A DNA stretch of 32,000 nt, from assembly GCF_035621115.1 (NCBI RefSeq), contig NZ_CP141767.1. The stretch is one strand, 5' to 3'. The DNA comes from Escherichia coli. GTDB lineage: Bacteria; Pseudomonadota; Gammaproteobacteria; Enterobacterales; Enterobacteriaceae. The notes under the pieces are model-generated. The model was not told the origin of the DNA. It ran no database searches and saw only the letters and a list, made by a program, of their open reading frames with translations. Both the position numbers and the translations under genes were made by a program. This document shows positions 22,717 through 32,000 of the stretch, one piece after another; positions within the stretch are counted from its first letter, which is position 1, and every line of letters starts with the position of its first letter.

Positions 22717-22814
22717 TTCAAGTTGCAGGAACGCAGCAAACGCGTGAGTCCCGGGAGCATAGTGAACTATGTGACCGGGAGGAATGCGTGCAGCTAAGTC
22801 ACCTGCGGCTTGAA
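22717..22814 (+). other. Candidate structured RNA/leader element immediately upstream of uhpT
   Basis: Closing stem TTCAAGTTGCAGG (22717-22729) / CCTGCGGCTTGAA (22802-22814) with two G-U pairs; internal TCCCGG/CCGGGA and CATAG-TGAA-CTATG hairpin. Confidence 0.6.
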
Positions 22815-22840
22815 GTATGAAGGGAAATCAGGAGTAACCC

Positions 22841-24232
22841 ATGCTGGCTTTCTTAAACCAGGTCCGCAAGCCGACCCTGGACCTTCCGCTCGAAGTGCGG
22901 CGCAAAATGTGGTTCAAACCGTTCATGCAATCCTACCTGGTGGTCTTTATCGGCTACCTGACGATGTACCTGATTCGCAAGAACTTTAACATCGCGCAGA
23001 ACGATATGATTTCGACCTACGGGTTGAGCATGACGCAACTGGGGATGATCGGCCTGGGTTTCTCCATCACTTATGGCGTGGGTAAAACGTTGGTTTCCTA
23101 CTACGCCGACGGCAAAAACACCAAACAATTCCTGCCGTTCATGCTGATCCTGTCTGCCATTTGTATGCTGGGCTTCAGCGCCAGTATGGGCAGCGGCTCG
23201 GTTAGCCTGTTCCTGATGATTGCCTTCTACGCCTTAAGCGGCTTTTTCCAGAGTACCGGCGGTTCGTGCAGTTACTCCACCATCACCAAATGGACGCCGC
23301 GTCGTAAACGCGGGACATTCCTCGGTTTCTGGAACATTTCTCACAACCTTGGTGGCGCGGGCGCAGCTGGTGTGGCACTGTTCGGCGCAAATTACCTGTT
23401 CGATGGTCATGTTATCGGCATGTTTATCTTCCCGTCGATTATCGCGCTGATTGTTGGTTTTATCGGCCTGCGTTACGGCAGCGACTCCCCGGAATCTTAT
23501 GGCCTCGGTAAAGCTGAAGAGCTGTTTGGCGAGGAGATCAGTGAAGAGGATAAAGAGACAGAATCTACCGATATGACCAAGTGGCAGATCTTTGTTGAGT
23601 ATGTGCTGAAAAACAAAGTGATCTGGCTGCTGTGCTTCGCCAACATTTTCCTCTATGTGGTGCGTATTGGTATCGACCAGTGGTCAACCGTGTATGCGTT
23701 CCAGGAACTGAAACTCTCTAAAGCGGTGGCGATTCAGGGCTTTACGCTGTTTGAAGCTGGTGCGCTGGTCGGTACGCTGCTGTGGGGCTGGCTCTCTGAC
23801 CTGGCGAACGGTCGCCGTGGCCTGGTGGCCTGCATCGCGCTGGCGCTGATTATCGCCACGCTCGGTGTGTATCAACACGCCAGCAATCAATATATCTATC
23901 TGGCTTCTCTCTTTGCGTTGGGTTTCCTGGTCTTTGGCCCGCAATTGTTGATTGGTGTGGCTGCTGTTGGCTTTGTACCTAAAAAAGCGATTGGCGCTGC
24001 CGATGGTATTAAAGGCACCTTCGCTTACCTGATTGGTGACAGCTTTGCCAAGTTAGGTCTGGGAATGATTGCCGATGGGACGCCGGTATTCGGCCTTACC
24101 GGCTGGGCAGGCACCTTCGCCGCACTTGATATCGCCGCGATTGGTTGTATCTGCCTGATGGCGATAGTGGCGGTGATGGAAGAACGCAAAATCCGCCGCG
24201 AGAAAAAAATTCAGCAGTTGACAGTGGCATAA
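22841..24232 (+). CDS. uhpT: Hexose-6-phosphate:phosphate antiporter UhpT
   Basis: 463 aa, [56 protein letters not shown]; OPA-family transporter. Confidence 0.98.
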   Translation: MLAFLNQVRKPTLDLPLEVRRKMWFKPFMQSYLVVFIGYLTMYLIRKNFNIAQNDMISTYGLSMTQLGMIGLGFSITYGVGKTLVSYYADGKNTKQFLPFMLILSAICMLGFSASMGSGSVSLFLMIAFYALSGFFQSTGGSCSYSTITKWTPRRKRGTFLGFWNISHNLGGAGAAGVALFGANYLFDGHVIGMFIFPSIIALIVGFIGLRYGSDSPESYGLGKAEELFGEEISEEDKETESTDMTKWQIFVEYVLKNKVIWLLCFANIFLYVVRIGIDQWSTVYAFQELKLSKAVAIQGFTLFEAGALVGTLLWGWLSDLANGRRGLVACIALALIIATLGVYQHASNQYIYLASLFALGFLVFGPQLLIGVAAVGFVPKKAIGAADGIKGTFAYLIGDSFAKLGLGMIADGTPVFGLTGWAGTFAALDIAAIGCICLMAIVAVMEERKIRREKKIQQLTVA

Positions 24233-24250
24233 ACGTAACTGGTGACTTTT

Positions 24251-24277
24251 GCCCGGCATGACGCCGGGCTTTTTTTA
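24251..24277. terminator. Terminator between uhpT and ade
   Basis: GCCCGGC-ATGAC-GCCGGGC stem (24251-24269) followed by TTTTTTT. Confidence 0.9.
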
Positions 24278-26044
24278 TTATTCCGTGACTTCCAGCGTGG
24301 TGAAGGCAAACTTCTCGCCATCAAACAGCCCCTGACTGGTTAGTTTCAGCGCGGGGATCACTGGCAGAGAAAGAAACGCCATCTGAATAAACGGCTCATC
24401 CGGTAACGGACCACATTCACGGGCGGCGGCTTTCAAGGCGTCAATTTGCTCCGCCAGCGACTGCGCCGTGTCGGTGCTCATCAGCCCGGCAATGGGTAAC
24501 GGCAGATGACTTTGGACCTGGCCGTTACGTACCACGCACAGCCCGCCGCCATCCTGAATCACCTGATTGACCGCCAGCGCCATCTCTTCGGCACTGCGAC
24601 CGATCACCACAATATTATGGCTGTCATGGCTGACCGTCGCTGCCAGCGCGCCTTCATTCAGACCAAAGCCGCCGAGCAAACCACAAGCCGGAGCCAGACG
24701 TTGCCCGTAACGCTCAAGGACGGCAATAAAGCACACATCATCGCGATCAAAACCATTTTCGCTGTAGACGCTGGAGCGGGAGTGCGTAATCAATTCGTTA
24801 TGGATGACGTCAATGACCCGATAGCGTTTTCCGGGCGTGAATTGCAGGGCAAAGTCGCTGGCGGAAACTGGCTGGCGGGCAATGGTGTTGCCATATGGCG
24901 GAGCGGATTGTGCCAGTCTCGCCGACTCTTCCGCCTGTAAGGTTTGCGCGTCAATCGGTTCGCCTTTCACCAGTACCTGCTGCACCGTGACCTTACGCGC
25001 ATCGCTCAACAGGACGATATCAGCCTGCTTACCGGGTGCCAGTAAGCCGAGGTGATTCAGACCAAAGTGGCGCGCCGTCGACCAGCTGGCGACGCGATAT
25101 GCCACATGCAGCGGCACATTGTGTTGTTCGATCAGGCGGCGAATTAAGGCATCGATGTGTCCTTCATGGGCGATCTCCCACGGGTTACGGTCATCAGTAC
25201 AGAGCATGCATTGCGGGCTGTTAAATTCGTTGATCAACGGTGCCAGTGCGTTGAGATTGCGGGCAGCGGACCCTTCGCGGATCATCAACGACATGCCGAG
25301 TTGTAATTTCCGGCGTCCTTCTTCCAGCTGATAACTTTCGTGGCAGTTTTCAATACCCGCAGCAATATAGGCGTTAAGTGCTTTACCACCCAAACCCGGG
25401 CAGTGACCGTCCAGTGTCAGGTGGCGAAATGCATCCAGTTTATCGAGCAGTGCATTCTGCCCGCTAATTACGCCAGGGTAGTCCATCATTTCTGCAAGGC
25501 CGGTAACCTGCGGATGGTCCCGCCAGGCGAGCATCTGTTCAAGGGTAAAACTGGCACCGTTAACATCGCAGCCTTCCAGGGCGGGTACGCAAGAGCTGAC
25601 CTGTAAGTACTGGTTTTGCCTTGCCTGTTCGGCACAGCGGGCAAACCAGGCGAATCCGGCTTCGCCCATCACGTTGACGATTTCATGAGGGTCGCAAATA
25701 ACAGTTGTCAGGCCGCGCGGCAGGGTAGCGGTTTCAAAGGTGACCGGCGTCATCATGCTGGATTCAATATGCAGGTGAGCATCAATAAACCCTGGCACCG
25801 CCGTTGCGCCGCGGGCATCAATCCGCTGCAAAGCCGGAGCATCAGTGTATTCTGCGCCAACACCAGCAATGTAACGTCCTTTAATCACAATTGGGCCGGA
25901 AATTTCTCCGCCATTGATCAGGTCGAGAATAGAGACATTATCAATAATATAATCGGCAACAGCGTCGCCACGGGAAACGGCTAACAATTCCTGGTATTCC
26001 GCCCGGCTAATGTGATGAAATTTATGGTTAATAGAATTATTCAT
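24278..26044 (-). CDS. ade: Adenine deaminase
   Basis: 588 aa, amidohydrolase motifs [15 protein letters not shown] and [11 protein letters not shown]; matches recalled K-12 Ade. Confidence 0.98.
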   Translation of the reverse strand: MNNSINHKFHHISRAEYQELLAVSRGDAVADYIIDNVSILDLINGGEISGPIVIKGRYIAGVGAEYTDAPALQRIDARGATAVPGFIDAHLHIESSMMTPVTFETATLPRGLTTVICDPHEIVNVMGEAGFAWFARCAEQARQNQYLQVSSCVPALEGCDVNGASFTLEQMLAWRDHPQVTGLAEMMDYPGVISGQNALLDKLDAFRHLTLDGHCPGLGGKALNAYIAAGIENCHESYQLEEGRRKLQLGMSLMIREGSAARNLNALAPLINEFNSPQCMLCTDDRNPWEIAHEGHIDALIRRLIEQHNVPLHVAYRVASWSTARHFGLNHLGLLAPGKQADIVLLSDARKVTVQQVLVKGEPIDAQTLQAEESARLAQSAPPYGNTIARQPVSASDFALQFTPGKRYRVIDVIHNELITHSRSSVYSENGFDRDDVCFIAVLERYGQRLAPACGLLGGFGLNEGALAATVSHDSHNIVVIGRSAEEMALAVNQVIQDGGGLCVVRNGQVQSHLPLPIAGLMSTDTAQSLAEQIDALKAAARECGPLPDEPFIQMAFLSLPVIPALKLTSQGLFDGEKFAFTTLEVTE

Positions 26045-26218
26045 ATTTTTCTCATTTTGATTTTATCAATTTGATTATTATTTATCATAAAGAAACGTCG
26101 CGAGATTATTAAAGAATATCCATTAATGTGCAATTGAAATGTGATAATTATCACTGAACCGTTGTTGTCATTTGTTTTACAAAAGCAAGGGATTAAATCT
26201 CCTCCAATGGACAAAAAA

Positions 26219-27553
26219 ATGAATAATGACAATACCGATTACGTGAGTAATGAATCAGGGACGCTTTCGCGATTATTTAAACTACCTCAGCATGGGACCA
26301 CCGTCCGCACAGAATTGATTGCGGGGATGACCACTTTTTTAACCATGGTGTACATCGTTTTTGTGAACCCGCAAATCCTCGGCGCGGCACAAATGGACCC
26401 GAAAGTGGTGTTTGTTACCACCTGTTTGATTGCCGGTATCGGCAGTATTGCGATGGGGATATTTGCTAACTTACCCGTGGCGCTGGCTCCGGCAATGGGG
26501 CTGAACGCCTTCTTTGCGTTCGTGGTCGTGGGGGCGATGGGTATCTCCTGGCAGACCGGGATGGGCGCGATATTCTGGGGCGCAATTGGGCTATTTTTGC
26601 TCACGCTGTTTCGTATCCGTTACTGGATGATCTCCAACATTCCATTAAGTTTACGTATTGGTATCACCAGCGGAATCGGATTATTTATTGCCTTAATGGG
26701 ATTAAAAAACACTGGCGTTATTGTCGCCAATAAAGACACCCTGGTGATGATTGGCGATTTAAGTTCTCACGGCGTGTTGTTAGGTATTTTAGGGTTTTTT
26801 ATTATAACCGTGTTGTCATCACGTCATTTTCATGCCGCGGTGCTGGTTTCTATTGTGGTGACGTCTTGCTGTGGCTTATTTTTCGGTGATGTTCATTTTA
26901 GCGGTGTCTATTCCATTCCGCCTGATATTAGCGGCGTCATTGGTGAAGTAGATTTGAGCGGCGCGTTAACACTTGAACTCGCCGGTATCATTTTCTCCTT
27001 TATGCTGATCAACCTATTTGATTCATCAGGAACATTAATTGGTGTAACTGATAAAGCTGGCTTAATAGATAGTAACGGTCAATTCCCCAATATGAATAAG
27101 GCGCTGTATGTTGATAGCGTCAGTTCGGTGGCAGGCGCATTTATTGGTACCTCATCTGTTACTGCCTATATTGAAAGTACTTCTGGTGTGGCGGTCGGTG
27201 GTCGCACGGGGCTGACTGCGGTTGTGGTCGGCGTTATGTTCCTGTTGGTTATGTTCTTCTCACCGCTGGTGGCGATGGTTCCTCCTTACGCAACCGCCGG
27301 AGCGTTAATCTTTGTTGGCGTGCTGATGACCTCAAGTCTGGCGCGCGTTAACTGGGATGATTTTACCGAATCGGTGCCTGCGTTTATTACCACGGTGATG
27401 ATGCCCTTTACTTTCTCGATCACCGAAGGGATTGCACTTGGCTTTATGTCGTACTGCATCATGAAAGTATGCACCGGGCGCTGGCGCGATCTGAACCTGT
27501 GTGTGGTGGTGGTCGCAGCTCTGTTTGCACTGAAGATTATTCTGGTGGATTAG
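26219..27553 (+). CDS. adeQ: NCS2/AzgA-type adenine permease AdeQ (YicO)
   Basis: TTFLTMVYIVFVNPQIL, ALAPAMGLNAFFAF motifs; start placed at MNNDNTDYVSN (an ATG at 26207 is also possible). Confidence 0.95.
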   Translation: MNNDNTDYVSNESGTLSRLFKLPQHGTTVRTELIAGMTTFLTMVYIVFVNPQILGAAQMDPKVVFVTTCLIAGIGSIAMGIFANLPVALAPAMGLNAFFAFVVVGAMGISWQTGMGAIFWGAIGLFLLTLFRIRYWMISNIPLSLRIGITSGIGLFIALMGLKNTGVIVANKDTLVMIGDLSSHGVLLGILGFFIITVLSSRHFHAAVLVSIVVTSCCGLFFGDVHFSGVYSIPPDISGVIGEVDLSGALTLELAGIIFSFMLINLFDSSGTLIGVTDKAGLIDSNGQFPNMNKALYVDSVSSVAGAFIGTSSVTAYIESTSGVAVGGRTGLTAVVVGVMFLLVMFFSPLVAMVPPYATAGALIFVGVLMTSSLARVNWDDFTESVPAFITTVMMPFTFSITEGIALGFMSYCIMKVCTGRWRDLNLCVVVVAALFALKIILVD

Positions 27554-27605
27554 TAACTGGCGAGGGTTTCCAGATATCATGAGTTCTGATTACGCAGGAG
27601 AACTC

Positions 27606-28058
27606 ATGATCTGGATAATGCTCGCCACGCTGGCGGTAGTGTTTGTGGTTGGTTTTCGGGTGCTGACATCCGGGGCCAGAAAAGCGATTCGCCGTCTCAG
27701 CGATCGGCTGAATATCGATGTCGTACCCGTGGAGTCGATGGTCGATCAAATGGGAAAGTCAGCCGGTGACGAATTTTTACGTTATTTGCATCGTCCGGAT
27801 GAGTCGCACCTGCAAAACGCCGCGCAGGTGTTGCTCATCTGGCAAATTGTCATTGTCGATGGTAGCGAACAGAACCTGCTGCAATGGCATCGGATTTTAC
27901 AAAAAGCCCGCCTTGCCGCTCCCATTACTGATGCTCAGGTCAGGCTGGCGCTGGGTTTTCTGCGCGAAACCGAACCTGAAATGCAGGATATTAATGCTTT
28001 TCAGATGCGCTATAACGCGTTCTTTCAGCCTGCCGAGGGCGTTCACTGGCTGCATTAA
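27606..28058 (+). CDS. yicN: YicN, uncharacterised DUF1198-type protein
   Basis: 150-aa ORF MIWIMLATLAVVFVVGFRVLTSG matches recalled YicN and gene order; domain number is from memory. Confidence 0.88.
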   Translation: MIWIMLATLAVVFVVGFRVLTSGARKAIRRLSDRLNIDVVPVESMVDQMGKSAGDEFLRYLHRPDESHLQNAAQVLLIWQIVIVDGSEQNLLQWHRILQKARLAAPITDAQVRLALGFLRETEPEMQDINAFQMRYNAFFQPAEGVHWLH

Positions 28059-28098
28059 AACCGCTTCGTCTTATCAGCCTACAGACCGCGCCTGACCT

Positions 28099-28133
28099 GT
28101 AGGGTGGATAAGGCGTTCACGCCGCATCCGGTA
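28099..28133. repeat. REP palindromic element
   Basis: GTAGGGTGGATAAGGCGTTCACGCCGCATCCGGTA, canonical REP layout. Confidence 0.88.
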
Positions 28134-28173
28134 TCGGAACTGACAGTAGGTGAACGCATTATCTACGTTCTAT

Positions 28174-28497
28174 TTACAGCAGCACCTCCAACCCGTGTTT
28201 TTGCACAATGCTGAGCAGTTTTAATGAAATGCCATTGGGGCGTTTAGCGCCACTTTCCCATTTTTGTACAGTTGAAACGCTGGTATTGAGATAGTGAGCG
28301 AAGACGGGCTGACTCACTTTTAATTTTTCCCGCAGTGCTTTTATCTCAACAGGTTGTAAGTCTTGCACGCTGGTCAGGCAGGCTTTGTCAAAAGTACGCA
28401 TCGTTTCAGCAGAAATAGCATTGACACTGGACAATCCAGCCGCTGCGCTGTGAATAGCCTCAAATGCAGGACTTTTAAATTTAGTTTTTGCAGTCAT
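28174..28497 (-). CDS. Xre/HigA-like HTH antitoxin
   Basis: HTH segment LREKLKVSQPVFAHYLNTSVSTVQKWESGAKRPNGISLKLLSIV; overlaps the upstream toxin ORF by 17 nt. Confidence 0.88.
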   Translation of the reverse strand: MTAKTKFKSPAFEAIHSAAAGLSSVNAISAETMRTFDKACLTSVQDLQPVEIKALREKLKVSQPVFAHYLNTSVSTVQKWESGAKRPNGISLKLLSIVQKHGLEVLL

Positions 28498-28840
28498 AGC
28501 AGGTCTCTGTCAGTTCTTTAGTGTTAATCATTGCTGTCAGTTGGGCTTTCGTCAGGAAGGCATAATGCTTTGCAAGTTCACGAAACCCAGCCAGTTCCTG
28601 ACTATTAATGTTAGACATATCCTGTTTTGCATATAAAAACGTGTAAAACCAATTGCTTCCTCCTTTCGCCAGAATAATTGCACGCTCACGATTTTTGTGA
28701 AGGCGCTTTTTAAAAAAGCCACCACCAAGTACATCAGCTTTACCTTGTTCCGTTTCTAAAATGGCCCGGCACAACTCTTCATCTGTTATTGCATGAGACC
28801 TGGCTTCCCTTGCAAACCATTTGGTTTTAAACACGCGCAT
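28481..28840 (-). CDS. RelE/HigB-like toxin (DUF1044 type)
   Basis: 119 aa; MRVFKTKWFAREARSHAITDEELCRAILETEQGKADVLGGGFFKKRL...GGSNWFYTFLYAKQDMSNI is typical of this toxin family; toxin-first operon order. Confidence 0.88.
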   Translation of the reverse strand: MRVFKTKWFAREARSHAITDEELCRAILETEQGKADVLGGGFFKKRLHKNRERAIILAKGGSNWFYTFLYAKQDMSNINSQELAGFRELAKHYAFLTKAQLTAMINTKELTETCYDCKN

Positions 28841-29067
28841 ATCGTTGAGATCCTGTTATTAAAGTATATCACCAAGTGCAATACTTTATCCCTTATTCCC
28901 AACCTAATCGCGAAAATGCATATCACCTTGCCCTATGATTTTTATTTCTTCGAGCAGCCTCGAACTTTTCCCACAACACCGTAAAAGTTGCAAAAACGTT
29001 AAATGCGTCACACATTTCAATGTTAAAGTGGTCGGCTTTTCCCCTGAAACATGCCACGGGTAACACC

Positions 29068-30252
29068 ATGAGTGAATTTATTGCCGAAAACCGCGGCGCG
29101 GATGCCATCACCCGACCGAACTGGTCAGCCGTTTTCTCGGTGGCGTTTTGTGTCGCCTGTCTGATTATCGTTGAGTTTTTGCCCGTCAGTTTGTTGACGC
29201 CAATGGCCCAGGATTTAGGCATTTCGGAAGGGGTTGCCGGGCAATCGGTGACCGTGACCGCATTTGTGGCAATGTTTGCCAGTTTGTTTATTACCCAGAC
29301 AATTCAGGCCACTGACCGCCGCTACGTTGTTATTTTGTTTGCCGTTTTGCTGACGCTCTCCTGCTTGCTGGTTTCCTTTGCTAACTCATTCAGTTTGCTT
29401 TTAATCGGTCGTGCCTGTCTGGGGCTGGCGCTGGGCGGGTTCTGGGCGATGTCGGCGTCGCTGACCATGCGTCTGGTACCGCCGCGTACGGTGCCGAAGG
29501 CGCTGTCGGTGATCTTCGGCGCGGTTTCTATTGCGCTGGTGATTGCCGCACCGTTGGGCAGTTTTTTAGGCGAGCTTATCGGTTGGCGCAATGTCTTTAA
29601 TGCGGCGGCGGTGATGGGCGTGCTGTGTATTTTCTGGATTATCAAATCATTGCCTTCGCTGCCAGGCGAACCCTCGCATCAGAAACAAAATACTTTCCGC
29701 TTATTACAACGTCCGGGTGTGATGGCAGGGATGATCGCCATCTTCATGTCTTTCGCCGGGCAGTTTGCTTTCTTCACGTATATTCGCCCGGTGTATATGA
29801 ACCTGGCGGGATTCGGCGTGGATGGCTTAACGCTGGTGCTGTTGAGTTTTGGTATCGCCAGCTTTATTGGTACTTCGCTTTCGTCGTTCATTCTTAAACG
29901 TTCGGTAAAACTGGCCTTAGCAGGCGCGCCGTTAATACTGGCTGTGAGTGCGTTGGTGCTGACGTTGTGGGGAAGCGATAAAATCGTTGCTACCGGCGTG
30001 GCGATTATCTGGGGGCTAACTTTTGCATTGGTTCCTGTCGGCTGGTCAACGTGGATCACTCGCTCACTGGCCGATCAGGCAGAAAAAGCCGGGTCTATTC
30101 AGGTGGCGGTTATTCAGCTTGCTAATACATGTGGCGCGGCAATCGGCGGTTATGCGCTGGATAATATTGGTCTGACTTCGCCGTTGATGTTGTCCGGCAC
30201 ATTGATGTTGCTGACGGCGTTATTGGTCACCGCAAAGGTGAAAATGAAGTAA
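29068..30252 (+). CDS. nepI: Purine ribonucleoside exporter NepI (YicM), MFS
   Basis: [51 protein letters not shown]; MFS features and gene order. Confidence 0.96.
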   Translation: MSEFIAENRGADAITRPNWSAVFSVAFCVACLIIVEFLPVSLLTPMAQDLGISEGVAGQSVTVTAFVAMFASLFITQTIQATDRRYVVILFAVLLTLSCLLVSFANSFSLLLIGRACLGLALGGFWAMSASLTMRLVPPRTVPKALSVIFGAVSIALVIAAPLGSFLGELIGWRNVFNAAAVMGVLCIFWIIKSLPSLPGEPSHQKQNTFRLLQRPGVMAGMIAIFMSFAGQFAFFTYIRPVYMNLAGFGVDGLTLVLLSFGIASFIGTSLSSFILKRSVKLALAGAPLILAVSALVLTLWGSDKIVATGVAIIWGLTFALVPVGWSTWITRSLADQAEKAGSIQVAVIQLANTCGAAIGGYALDNIGLTSPLMLSGTLMLLTALLVTAKVKMK

Positions 30253-30453
30253 CGTATTTACAGGAGGGGTTACTGCTCTGGCGGGAAGCTCTCCTGTTCT
30301 TCCTCCTGATAATCCTTGATCAGGTATTGTTCTTATCTTGTTGTTATTTCCATTATTCCGCCTGTATTCATCATTTGCTAATCATGAATCATCATTTTCT
30401 CTCATGTTAAAGAAAGGTCATTTAATCTGAACGCATAGCGACAGGGATGACAA

Positions 30454-32000
30454 ATGGCAGGGAAAGCGCATGGGAATGGCGATCGTCGGGGCGATAACAC
30501 CATATGTGGATTGGGGGAGCGTTTACGTCGTCTGACCGCAGGTATTTGCCTGATAACACAAACTATTTTCCCTGTTATGGCTGCTGCCCCTACGCATATT
30601 AATCCTGCGCACTCGGATACTGCCGCGTCACTGATCCTGCCGAACGTTAAAACTATTCCATATACCCTGGGTGCGTTGGAATCGCCACCAACGGTCGCGG
30701 CACGCTTTGGTATCACCGTTGATGAATTACGTCGCCTGAATCAGTTCCGTACCTTTGCGCGGGGCTTTGACAATGTGCGTCAGGGCGATGAAATGGATGT
30801 GCCCCTCATTAACAGTAATAGCCCCGAAGCGCGCAACCTGAAAGCAATGCAGATGGAGCGCGACGGCAAAGATCCGCAAATGCAGGTCGCGGAAGTGGCG
30901 CAGCAAAGCGGAACACTTTTAGCACGCGATATGGACAGCGAACAGGCGGCGAGTATGGCGCGTGGCTGGGTGGCTTCTTCTGCATCTGCGCAGGCAACGG
31001 ACTGGCTCAGTCGTTGGGGAACTGCCCGGGTATCTCTTGGTGTGGATGAAGATTTCAGCCTTAAAAGCTCTTCATTTGAATTTCTCCATCCCTGGTACGA
31101 AACGCCGGATAACCTGGTCTTCAGCCAGCACACACTTCACCGTACGGATGATCGCACTCAAACCAACCACGGTATCGGCTGGCGTTATTTCACCCCGAGC
31201 TGGATGTCTGGCGTCAATATGTTTATCGATCATGACCTGACCCGCTATCACACCAGAACCGGGATGGGCGTTGAATACTGGCGCAATTACCTGAAACTGA
31301 GCGGAAACGGTTATCTGCGCCTCAGTAACTGGCGTAGTGCACCGGAACTCGACAATGACTATGAAGCACGTCCGGCGAACGGGGGGGATCTTCGCGCCGA
31401 AGGCTGGTTACCGGCCTGGCCGCAGCTGGGCGGCAAGCTGGTCTATGAACAATATTATGGCGATGAAGTGGCGCTGTTTGGTAAATACGAGCGACAAAAT
31501 GATCCTCACGCGATTACCGCAGGTTTGAGTTACACCCCTGTTCCTCTGATCTCCTTTAGTGCCGAGCAACGGCAGGGCAAACAGGGAGAAAACGACACCC
31601 GAATTGGTATGGAGTTGACGTTGCAACCCGGCCATTCACTGCAAAAACAGCTCGATCCGGCTGAAGTTGCAGCACGACGTAGCCTTGTGGGCAGTCGCTA
31701 TGACCTGGTCGATCGTAATAACAATATTGTCCTCGAATATCGCAAGAAAGAGCTGGTGCGGCTGACGCTGACCGATCCGTTGAAAGGCAAGCCGGGTGAG
31801 GTTAAATCGCTGGTTTCTTCCTTACAAACCAAATATGCGCTGAAAGGTTATGACATTGAAGCCGCCTCCCTGCAATCAGCGGACGGAAAAGTAGCTGTTT
31901 CCGGCAAGGATATTCAGGTCACCATTCCTCCCTACCGATTCACGGCAATGCCTGAAACCGACAACACTTACCCGATAGCGGTTACAGCGGAAGATTCGAA
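30454..32000 (+). CDS. Intimin/invasin-like inverse autotransporter, 3' truncated by the window edge
   Basis: Frame open from ATG 30454 to the window end (over 515 codons), so missing from the ORF track. Signal-like LRRLTAGICLITQTIFPVMAAA, LysM-like YTLGALESPTTVAARFGITVDELRRLNQF, then beta-barrel signatures SSSFEFLHPWYETPDNLVFSQHTLHRTDDRTQTNHGIGWRYF and GVNMFIDHDLTRYHTRTGMGVEYWRNYLKLSGNGYLRLSNWR. Confidence 0.93.
   Translation, partial: MAGKAHGNGDRRGDNTICGLGERLRRLTAGICLITQTIFPVMAAAPTHINPAHSDTAASLILPNVKTIPYTLGALESPPTVAARFGITVDELRRLNQFRTFARGFDNVRQGDEMDVPLINSNSPEARNLKAMQMERDGKDPQMQVAEVAQQSGTLLARDMDSEQAASMARGWVASSASAQATDWLSRWGTARVSLGVDEDFSLKSSSFEFLHPWYETPDNLVFSQHTLHRTDDRTQTNHGIGWRYFTPSWMSGVNMFIDHDLTRYHTRTGMGVEYWRNYLKLSGNGYLRLSNWRSAPELDNDYEARPANGGDLRAEGWLPAWPQLGGKLVYEQYYGDEVALFGKYERQNDPHAITAGLSYTPVPLISFSAEQRQGKQGENDTRIGMELTLQPGHSLQKQLDPAEVAARRSLVGSRYDLVDRNNNIVLEYRKKELVRLTLTDPLKGKPGEVKSLVSSLQTKYALKGYDIEAASLQSADGKVAVSGKDIQVTIPPYRFTAMPETDNTYPIAVTAEDS

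Noticed and set aside
24506-26000. Several plus-strand ORFs (144, 88, 122 aa) opposite ade
   Set aside because: They are staggered antisense frames of adenine deaminase, not separate genes.

Overview
The window looks like Escherichia coli chromosome colinear with the K-12 selC-to-yidE side (yidE, yidP, glv, yidLKJIHGF, emrD, tisB/istR, ivbL-ilvBN, uhpABCT, ade, adeQ, yicN, nepI). Names come from recalled K-12 protein sequences, not a search. Three accessory segments stand out. (1) About 3.3 kb of AT-rich DNA between ilvN and uhpA (about 15,700-19,010) encodes two diverged paralogous, soluble-looking proteins (431 and 489 aa) that I cannot assign to a known family; each gene has the same 18-bp motif upstream. 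This is the best candidate for an undescribed system. (2) A two-gene RelE/HigB-like toxin and Xre-type antitoxin module lies between yicN and nepI. (3) An intimin/invasin-like inverse autotransporter with an N-terminal LysM-like segment begins downstream of nepI and runs off the window. Also notable are an apparently intact fused glvCB-glvG locus, a 98-nt structured element just upstream of uhpT, the tisB/IstR-1 toxin-antitoxin locus with its LexA box and 21-nt interaction repeat, and YidF as a probable truncated relative of anaerobic sulfatase maturases close to the YidJ sulfatase.
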